From a virus: a stretch of DNA of 6,413 nt. Shown in pieces: positions 1 through 5,180 of the stretch. The stretch lies in the IMG/VR virus record IMGVR_UViG_3300045988_000049, positions 1 through 6,413 of that record. One strand, written 5' to 3'. The translations under genes and the position numbers were made by a program. The notes under the pieces were generated by a model. That model ran no database searches. It saw only the letters and a program-made list of their open reading frames with translations, and was not told the origin of the DNA. The stretch's first letter is position 1; each line of letters starts with the position of its first letter.

Positions 1-55
1 ACAAGAGGAGCATTCGCACCTTGTTGCGGATTCGGTACAGCGGTAGTCAAGAAAT
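1..55. repeat. Terminal direct repeat, copy 1 (identical to 6359..6413); circular-contig overlap rather than a biological repeat
   Basis: Read directly: acaagaggagcattcgcaccttgttgcggattcggtacagcggtagtcaagaaat occurs at both window ends, 55/55 identical. One capsid reading frame runs straight through the join. Implies a circular unit of 6358 nt. Confidence 0.97.
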
Positions 56-1190
56 CACGTTCCCAATTGGCTTGATGAAGTTCATATAACGTAGTATCAG
101 CGCCACCTTTCATGCTAGGCAACCATTTATTATAGACAGGACGACCGTTAACTACAAACGGATTGTTACGTATGTCACGATAGTAAGCATTATAAACAGA
201 TTCATAAGTGCGAAAGCGATAAGCCAACAAATGAGCGTTATTCGGACGAGTTTCAGTAGCAAACGGATACGTACTATACTGTACATCATTTTGTAAAGAA
301 TAATACGTATAAGTCACATTAAAAGAAATATTAGCAAAACTAATAGGAGCAGCAATATTAGGAGCAGTAACAATAACTAAGGGTGTGCCTTCAACACCGC
401 CAAAAACAGATGTGTCAACGGATGAAATTCTAGCACCAATAACACCATCTGGAGACTTTGTAAACTCAATAGGAAAATCAGTAATATATTGACCATCGTC
501 AGTTCTAAGAACGAGAAAGCCTCTAACACCATCAAATACATTAGATTCTCCACCAGTAAGAGTAATATCTATGCCAACCTGTGAAACCGAAGAAGGAATA
601 GCTTTAGTAGATTCTTTTGTATCAAAAATAATAGTTTGAGTTCCTTCAGTATTCAAATGATTAGTACAAACCTGACCAGGAATAGCATCATTAGAGCAAA
701 CGGAAGCTAAAGCAGTTTCTAAAGAAACATTCGAAACAGCACGAGAATTAGCGGCACAAGGATTGTCAACAAGTTTCGAAGTAGAAGAAATACGAGTTCC
801 AAAAGTAGGCAAACCTAAATAATCACCTAACGTACCAGTCCGGCACATTCGATTAAAACGCTCCGAATCAGGTAGAATATAAGGCTCTTCCAAATCATCA
901 CGGAAATTAGAAATGAAATCGGAATAATCTTCCCACATAGAACGAAGAGTTACCTTAAAGAAGTTAAGGCGGGCAAACATACGAGTCTGTACAGGGAACA
1001 CCATAGGCATCAGCTCAAGACCGAATTCAGGATTAATACGAAGAGAGCCCTTTGCAGGGACAAGTTCACAGAATACAGGAGTAATACGACCAAAATTAGT
1101 AGTCAAATTATTCACATGAGACCAATCAAATGAATTTACATCAATACGATTATTCGCATCAAATGTAGCGTCAAAAACATTTTGTGCCAT
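1..1190 (-). CDS. VP1: Major capsid protein VP1 (phiX174 F-like jelly-roll), 5' portion: aa 1-396 plus 2 nt. It continues across the circular junction into 6358..5347. Full protein is 733 aa.
   Basis: I translated the minus strand by hand from the ATG at 1190..1188 to position 1 and found no stop codon: MAQNVFDATFDANNRIDVNSFDWSHVNNLTTNFGRITPVFCELVPAKGSLRINPEF...GTLGDYLGLP...LLAYRFRTYESVYNAYYRDIRNNPF...WERDFLTTAVPNPQQG. The frame is continuous with ORF 5347..6408 ((1190-50) is divisible by 3). These blocks (SH..T..G.L.P, DYLG.P, Y..YN.YyRD, DyFT..P.PQ.G) are the conserved microvirus F/VP1 motifs as I recall them. The ORF track omits this part because it has no stop inside the window. Confidence 0.95.
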   Translation of the reverse strand, partial: MAQNVFDATFDANNRIDVNSFDWSHVNNLTTNFGRITPVFCELVPAKGSLRINPEFGLELMPMVFPVQTRMFARLNFFKVTLRSMWEDYSDFISNFRDDLEEPYILPDSERFNRMCRTGTLGDYLGLPTFGTRISSTSKLVDNPCAANSRAVSNVSLETALASVCSNDAIPGQVCTNHLNTEGTQTIIFDTKESTKAIPSSVSQVGIDITLTGGESNVFDGVRGFLVLRTDDGQYITDFPIEFTKSPDGVIGARISSVDTSVFGGVEGTPLVIVTAPNIAAPISFANISFNVTYTYYSLQNDVQYSTYPFATETRPNNAHLLAYRFRTYESVYNAYYRDIRNNPFVVNGRPVYNKWLPSMKGGADTTLYELHQANWERDFLTTAVPNPQQGANAPL

Positions 1191-1192
1191 TT

Positions 1193-1390
1193 TTAAAAAT
1201 GAGGTTTAATAGTTACTGAATCTACCCGTTGTTGAGTAGTTTGCTTAGAATCCTGTTTTGAATTTTGATTTTTCCAAAACACAGACATAGACGCAGTACA
1301 AGACTGTACTGTAAGGGCAGTAATCACACCAATAATAAACGTAGAAATCAACTTAACCAAGTCTATCCACTGACTAGGAGTAATTTTCAT
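1193..1390 (-). CDS. Small membrane protein, 65 aa, with one N-terminal transmembrane helix and a polar Q/K/S-rich tail; function unknown (lysis or membrane-effector candidate)
   Basis: True ATG at 1390..1388, overlapping the upstream ORF's stop as ATGA (1390..1387). Its stop TAA (1195..1193) lies 2 nt before the VP1 ATG. Hydrophobic segment LVKLISTFIIGVITALTV, then tail WKNQNSKQDSKQTTQQRVDS. Same strand as all other genes. Confidence 0.6.
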   Translation of the reverse strand: MKITPSQWIDLVKLISTFIIGVITALTVQSCTASMSVFWKNQNSKQDSKQTTQQRVDSVTIKPHF

Positions 1391-1551
1391 AATTTTTCAA
1401 GAATTAACAAAACATCATAACCTATATTAGCATCCTGCAATTGCTTGCGAAAACGTTCGGCAGTTGAAGGACGATTAAAAATACCAATATTTATGAGAAA
1501 CTCTTCTTGAAGAGTCTCTCTTTTAATAAACTTTAGAACACCTTTATACAT
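1387..1551 (-). CDS. Hypothetical small protein, 54 aa from the ATG at 1551 (the track's 64-aa version starts at a TTG at 1581)
   Basis: The ATG at 1551..1549 lies 1 nt after the upstream ORF's stop (TAA t ATG). The 3' end overlaps the next ORF as ATGA. Sequence: MYKGVLKFIKRETLQEEFLINIGIFNRPSTAERFRKQLQDANIGYDVLLILEKL. The tight packing argues for coding; I recognise no homology. Confidence 0.5.
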   Translation of the reverse strand: MYKGVLKFIKRETLQEEFLINIGIFNRPSTAERFRKQLQDANIGYDVLLILEKL

Positions 1552-1552
1552 A

Positions 1553-1729
1553 TTAAAACATCTCCTTAAAGAATTTAACAAAAATTACGCGCTCCATATT
1601 AGAAACACAACGAGCATAAACACGAGCATCTTTAATAGACATCCCAGTCTTTTTACGATATTCACGAGGAAGAATCTTACCAGAATAATCACGACAAGCA
1701 ATCTCAAAAATAAATGTGTACTTATTCAT
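1553..1729 (-). CDS. Hypothetical small basic protein, 58 aa from the ATG at 1729 (the track's 69-aa version starts at a GTG at 1762)
   Basis: MNKYTFIFEIACRDYSGKILPREYRKKTGMSIKDARVYARCVSNMERVIFVKFFKEMF has 13 K/R against 6 D/E. It is the first gene of the tightly spaced cassette and lies on the gene strand. Confidence 0.5.
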   Translation of the reverse strand: MNKYTFIFEIACRDYSGKILPREYRKKTGMSIKDARVYARCVSNMERVIFVKFFKEMF

Positions 1730-1770
1730 TATTATCAAGTTTAAATGATTTAAAACAATCACGACAAACG

Positions 1771-1814
1771 CCTAGAATCTCACACTTAGAAACCTTAGAA
1801 TACGACTTAGAAAC
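1771..1814. repeat. Iteron-like cluster of four direct repeats, CTTAGAA (minus strand TTCTAAG)
   Basis: Plus-strand copies at 1785..1791, 1794..1800 and 1806..1812 are exact. CCTAGAA at 1771..1777 has one mismatch. The 10-mer ACTTAGAAAC is identical at 1784..1793 and 1805..1814. Confidence 0.6.
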
Positions 1815-1944
1815 AAGAACAGCATCTTTAAAATCAATGGCATCAATAATAACAAAAATCTTTTAAACCGTTTTTGTTAACATAAAAAACAATGTACTTT
1901 TTCATAACACATAAATTAAATTAATATTCCTTTTTCTTACACTA

Positions 1945-1952
1945 CAAAGATA
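1945..1952 (-). promoter_or_regulatory. Candidate Bacteroidetes-type -7 promoter box TATCTTTG upstream of the small-ORF cassette and VP1
   Basis: The identical 8-mer TATCTTTG on the minus strand, 45 nt after the VP4 stop. It is preceded by phased ATTAAC repeats and a TTTA 16 nt upstream. Confidence 0.35.
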
Positions 1953-1963
1953 AGAAATCTATT

Positions 1964-1991
1964 GTTAATAAAGTGTTAATCAGTCGTTAAA
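1964..1991. repeat. Helically phased direct repeats GTTAAT / GTTAAT / GTTAAA with an 11-nt period
   Basis: Copies start at 1964, 1975 and 1986 on the plus strand (ATTAAC / ATTAAC / TTTAAC on the gene strand). They lie just upstream of the candidate -7 box at 1952..1945 and just after the VP4 stop. Confidence 0.4.
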
Positions 1992-1997
1992 TCTAGT

Positions 1998-3353
1998 TTA
2001 AATTTTCTCTTTTCTATAATGTCTATTCATTTTCTCACGAACATCATAAGAAGCCTTTTTAAGATTAAGTTCTTCACGCATAGACATGCGGGCATTGATA
2101 GCGGATTGTTGTAAAGAATTCATATGTAAGGATTTTTCATGCTTCAGGACTTGAGAGGAATCAAAGAACACAAGAGCAGTAGATAAACAATCAAGCGCAT
2201 AAGAGAATGCTTTATAATATAAATCCTCATAAACAATCTGTGAACAGAATTGAGGAAGATAATACTTTATAAATGTATCATTTACAACAGTTTTGTAAGG
2301 GTTATAATACGGAGTTTTACCAGTCATGCGAACAAGGCGGAGATATTCTTCAGGGTAAGTAAACTTAAAAGGAAACTTGTATTGCTTATGAAGATAACGA
2401 GCAATTTCAAACCAGCGCACAGTGTCTTTAAAATACTTAATAAAATTAGGGTCATAACACATAGAAGTAGAAGGCATAAACTTCATGCGATAATAACGAG
2501 GCAACATAGTAGTCAAAGATTGTCCGGTATATATGTTAAGGACAGACATATCACATGTGTCGGGTTGTTGTTCATAAAAAGCGCGAAGTTTTTCAGCATA
2601 GGCAGAACCAATACCGCCATTCTTACGGGAAGCGAGCATAAACGTAGGATTCATACCTTTGGGAGCGCATTCGCGCTTACCCATGTATTTCATGACATAA
2701 TTGATACCACCATTGATAACAGGAACACAATAAGCAAAACCAATAGACCTAGTAACAGGTGACCCGTCAGGATTGTACTCACCAGTAGGACGACGCCAGC
2801 AGCTTTCAATGAGTGTAAGCCGCGAGTACGCGGTTTCGAAATTATCAGGGAAATTCCATAATATAATATGATAGTGAGGACGTTTAGACCAATGCCCATA
2901 TTCAGAAACTGCAATATAGCGAAGATTATGAGAAATACCACGTCTATCCAATTTGGTACGAAGACGTTTAAAAAAGAGTTGAATCTCTTCCGGAAATACT
3001 CCGTTTTTCGGTAAGTGTTCATTGTTATAAGTAAGAGTTATAAAATAGGCTTGTTTATTAGAGGTATATGATTCACAGAGAGCACGAAAAGACCATTGTT
3101 GGGCTTTCTTTTCATTGCATAAAGCACACTTGTTACAGGGAACAATCAAAAACATTGGAAATGTTTCACCAGTAGCAGGATTCACAATCGTATATTTATC
3201 AATATTGTTTTTATTGACATGATTTTTGTTAACATGGAGTACAGAACTATGATATGTACCGGAGGGCATCGTAAACGTGCGATACTTTTGTATAAGCTTA
3301 GAGGCATGTGGATGCCAAATTACTTTCGGGTCTTCACAATAGATATTATTCAT
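1998..3353 (-). CDS. VP4: Replication initiation protein VP4 (HUH rolling-circle endonuclease, phiX174 gpA family), 451 aa from the ATG at 3353. The track ORF extends to a TTG at 3422.
   Basis: Motif I FITLTY (3044..3027), motif II HYHIILW (2876..2856) and motif III YVMKY with two Tyr (2699..2685) were each checked codon by codon. There is also the family-typical VPCNKCALC cysteine cluster. From the ATG at 3353 the N-terminus reads MNNIYCEDP, which fits the usual M..C..P start of microvirus VP4. Confidence 0.93.
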   Translation of the reverse strand: MNNIYCEDPKVIWHPHASKLIQKYRTFTMPSGTYHSSVLHVNKNHVNKNNIDKYTIVNPATGETFPMFLIVPCNKCALCNEKKAQQWSFRALCESYTSNKQAYFITLTYNNEHLPKNGVFPEEIQLFFKRLRTKLDRRGISHNLRYIAVSEYGHWSKRPHYHIILWNFPDNFETAYSRLTLIESCWRRPTGEYNPDGSPVTRSIGFAYCVPVINGGINYVMKYMGKRECAPKGMNPTFMLASRKNGGIGSAYAEKLRAFYEQQPDTCDMSVLNIYTGQSLTTMLPRYYRMKFMPSTSMCYDPNFIKYFKDTVRWFEIARYLHKQYKFPFKFTYPEEYLRLVRMTGKTPYYNPYKTVVNDTFIKYYLPQFCSQIVYEDLYYKAFSYALDCLSTALVFFDSSQVLKHEKSLHMNSLQQSAINARMSMREELNLKKASYDVREKMNRHYRKEKI

Positions 3354-3487
3354 AATAAATAGTTTTAGCGAACGGGAGTCGCACTTTGGGCAAATCGTAA
3401 CTTTTCCGGTGGAAATAATCAAAGATTAGAGGGTGTGTCAGTTACTACATACTTATCAAGTTAAGGGTGTACGATTTTGGAATAAAT

Positions 3488-3513
3488 CGTGAAAAGCCGG
3501 GGGACACCCGGCT
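3488..3513 (-). terminator. Rho-independent terminator-like hairpin 5 nt downstream of the VP2 stop
   Basis: The minus strand reads TAA tgatt AGCCGGG tgtcc CCCGGCT TTTCacgATTTATT. This is a perfect 7-bp stem (6 G:C pairs) with a 5-nt loop (3495..3513), followed by a T-rich run. Confidence 0.5.
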
Positions 3514-3518
3514 AATCA

Positions 3519-4667
3519 TTAACGGAATCCTATAGGAGACATAGACTTTCCAAGGAAACCACCTTTTTGCAAAGAAGTAGTAGCACCAGCAAATTGACCG
3601 ACAGCAAACGAAACGGAATTAACCCAAGTTGTAGCAACGTTGGTAAAACGTTCGGTTGAGTCCCAGCTTTTAGCCTGATCAAAATTAAACTTAGCATGCT
3701 GATTCGAGATATCAATACCAGTCTGCTTGTACAATTCCGTCATAGTCTGTTCACTAGCCAACATACCTTGCTTCTTTTGCATGTAAGTAGACGCATTCAG
3801 ATTCATTACACGAGCCAATTGTGTAGCCATCATATCTTGCACCTCAGCAGCATTGAGATTAATACGAGAATTGCTCTCTTTCATATCCTGATACGTTTTC
3901 TTACAAAGGAGTTCAAATTCCTTAGAACGCAGATACCTGTCAAACTTCAATTGGACTATATTCTCATCAATCTGTGATTGCTGAGCTTTCATTGTATTAA
4001 TGCGCTCACGAGCTTCAGACATGGCAACATCAATTTCCTGAAGTTTCTTTGCAGCTACTTCGGCTTCAGCATGATTCAATTGTCCAAGTTCATGATTTAC
4101 ATAAATAGTTGAATTGTTCAACTCGATATCACTTTCAGTACGAGCCTTGCGAAGCAGATAATCAGCTGTGAGCAAGCTTTCTTCAGTATCTGTTTTCTTA
4201 CTTTCGGAATTTGCTAAACGAGATTGAGCAGCCTTCAATCCAGCATCAGCAGCGATTTGTGCAGTCTGTCCGTAAGTATTCGTAGGTATCACATTATACC
4301 GCGGTGTCATAGCTTGTTGCGGAGCTTCAGGAGCTGTCGCGTTTCCTACATCACCATGGGAGTACATCAAATCCGGATTTAATCCAGCTTCTTTCAAACG
4401 TTGCATCTGGGCAGCAGGCGAGTTATAAGAGTTGTTTTTCTCATACATTTGCTCTATCCAAGCTTGTTGCGCCAAACGTTCCTCACGAGCGAATTTACTT
4501 TCACGCTCAAATGCTTCAGCAGATGCCTTGCGGTTACTTCTGTTACAGAACCAGTTACCAATAGCGGAAATAGCAGCGCCACCAATAGCGCCAATAGCCG
4601 TACCGAGTCCAGGAAAAGCAGAGCCAGCGGCAGCACCAGCAGCAGCACCAGCACCAACCTTAGCCAT
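3519..4667 (-). CDS. VP2: VP2 minor capsid / DNA pilot protein (phiX174 H-like), 382 aa from the ATG at 4667 (the track start at 4673 is a TTG)
   Basis: Gly/Ala-rich N-terminus MAKVGAGAAAGAAAGSAFPGLGTAIGAIGGAAISAIGNWF. Conserved block YNSPAAQMQRLKEAGLNPDLMY (4427..4362, checked). Long charged helical middle region. Its position after the capsid and small protein is typical of gokusho- and alpa-type microviruses. Confidence 0.88.
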   Translation of the reverse strand: MAKVGAGAAAGAAAGSAFPGLGTAIGAIGGAAISAIGNWFCNRSNRKASAEAFERESKFAREERLAQQAWIEQMYEKNNSYNSPAAQMQRLKEAGLNPDLMYSHGDVGNATAPEAPQQAMTPRYNVIPTNTYGQTAQIAADAGLKAAQSRLANSESKKTDTEESLLTADYLLRKARTESDIELNNSTIYVNHELGQLNHAEAEVAAKKLQEIDVAMSEARERINTMKAQQSQIDENIVQLKFDRYLRSKEFELLCKKTYQDMKESNSRINLNAAEVQDMMATQLARVMNLNASTYMQKKQGMLASEQTMTELYKQTGIDISNQHAKFNFDQAKSWDSTERFTNVATTWVNSVSFAVGQFAGATTSLQKGGFLGKSMSPIGFR

Positions 4668-4669
4668 AA

Positions 4670-4993
4670 TCAATTATTTTGAGGATTAATATACTTGTCA
4701 CCAAATTTCTTCTGACGAAGAACCTGAAGAGCTTTACGTTGGGAGGCTTTTTCCATTTCCCAAGCGGTAGCCATATCCATATCACGACGGAACTGGGGCT
4801 CTATATTCCAAGAAGCGTCACCGTTAACGTCAATAAAATTTACGTTCATAGGTGAAACAGGAATACCACGTTTTGCCATTTCGGCTACTTGTTGAGGTGT
4901 TAAACCTAAGTTAGGTTTAGTTCTTTCAAAATCTTTTTGTACATCAAAATTACATTCAACACATTTGTAATCAGGTTTTGTATTTCTTGCCAT
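4670..4993 (-). CDS. Small protein in the VP3 position, 107 aa from the ATG at 4993; possible internal scaffolding protein, function unproven
   Basis: The track ORF starts at a GTG (5131), but that extension covers the structured GC-rich noncoding region. The ATG at 4993 is preceded by an AT-rich leader. Stop TGA at 4672..4670 lies 2 nt before the VP2 ATG. Sequence: MARNTKPDYKCVECNFDVQKDFERTKPNLGLTPQQVAEMAKRGIPVSPMNVNF... Confidence 0.7.
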   Translation of the reverse strand: MARNTKPDYKCVECNFDVQKDFERTKPNLGLTPQQVAEMAKRGIPVSPMNVNFIDVNGDASWNIEPQFRRDMDMATAWEMEKASQRKALQVLRQKKFGDKYINPQNN

Positions 4994-5100
4994 AATTGTA
5001 AAATTTAAAATTTTAATATTTATCTGGGCGTCCGGGCGGGCTTTACGGCTCAAACATATTTCCGCTTCGCTCCAATACTCGCCTTCAATCCCTGACGCAC

Positions 5101-5154
5101 GCAACAAAGTTGCTATTAATTTGCGTTTCACGCAGAGGGAAAATACTTTTCCCT
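5101..5154. other. Three tandem small hairpins, each with a 3-nt loop
   Basis: gcaac-aaa-gttgc (5101..5113), tgcgt-ttc-acgca (5122..5134) and agggaaaa-tac-ttttccct (5136..5154). All stems are perfect. They lie between the candidate promoter box at 5180..5173 and the ATG at 4993. Confidence 0.5.
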
Positions 5155-5172
5155 TTTAATCTTACGAAATTG

Positions 5173-5180
5173 CAAAGATA
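5173..5180 (-). promoter_or_regulatory. Candidate Bacteroidetes-type -7 promoter box TATCTTTG (consensus TAnnTTTG), upstream of the small VP3-position gene and VP2
   Basis: The minus strand reads cATTGgacttgtcgcgcgcgcatacc TATCTTTG. This is an exact match to TAnnTTTG, with an ATTG (-33-like TTTG) 21 nt upstream. Confidence 0.35.

Noticed and set aside
1-55. Terminal 55-nt direct repeats as biological LTR, att or DTR ends
   Set aside because: A conserved capsid reading frame passes seamlessly through the repeat. Microviridae genomes are circular ssDNA without terminal repeats, so this is an assembly overlap.
1552-1762. TTG (1581) and GTG (1762) extended starts of the two upstream small ORFs
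   Set aside because: The extensions would create 29-nt and longer overlaps. The internal ATGs at 1551 and 1729 give the neat 1-nt and 4-nt junctions seen elsewhere in the cassette.
2250-2762. 170-aa plus-strand ORF antisense to VP4
   Set aside because: It lies on the opposite strand from every recognisable gene, and Microviridae transcribe one strand only. The sequence is basic and low-complexity with no recognisable motif. Long antisense frames are common opposite real genes.
3530-3715. 61-aa alternative-frame ORF inside the VP2 3' end, and a 67-aa ORF at 4454..4657 inside the VP2 5' end
   Set aside because: They are short. Their hydrophobicity follows from frame-shifting the Gly/Ala and Gln/Lys codons. 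There are no independent start-context or junction signals.
3696-3977. 93-aa plus-strand ORF antisense to VP2
   Set aside because: It is antisense to a well-supported gene, has no motifs and looks like a compositional artefact.
4401-4689. Two plus-strand ORFs (93 and 85 aa) antisense to the VP2 N-terminus
   Set aside because: They are the reverse complement of the GCN/GGN-rich Gly/Ala region, which naturally lacks stops. They are on the wrong strand for this virus family.
5106-5121. AAGTTGCTATTAATTT resembles the phiX174 origin core ACTTGATATTAATAAC (from memory), at about 11 of 16 matches
   Set aside because: The match is on the strand antisense to the genes, whereas the phiX origin is on the viral sense strand. 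It is short, AT-rich and partly palindromic, so it cannot be distinguished from chance without statistics or a nicking assay.
4994-5131. GTG-initiated 46-codon N-terminal extension of the VP3-position ORF (the track's 153-aa version)
   Set aside because: The extension runs through the GC-rich island and two of the hairpins, and its sequence does not look protein-like. The ATG at 4993, with its AT-rich leader, is a far better start.
5136-5160. Hairpin agggaaaa-tac-ttttccct followed by tttt, read as a plus-strand intrinsic terminator
   Set aside because: There are no credible plus-strand genes to terminate. On the gene strand the hairpin is not followed by a T-run, so I report it only as a structural element.
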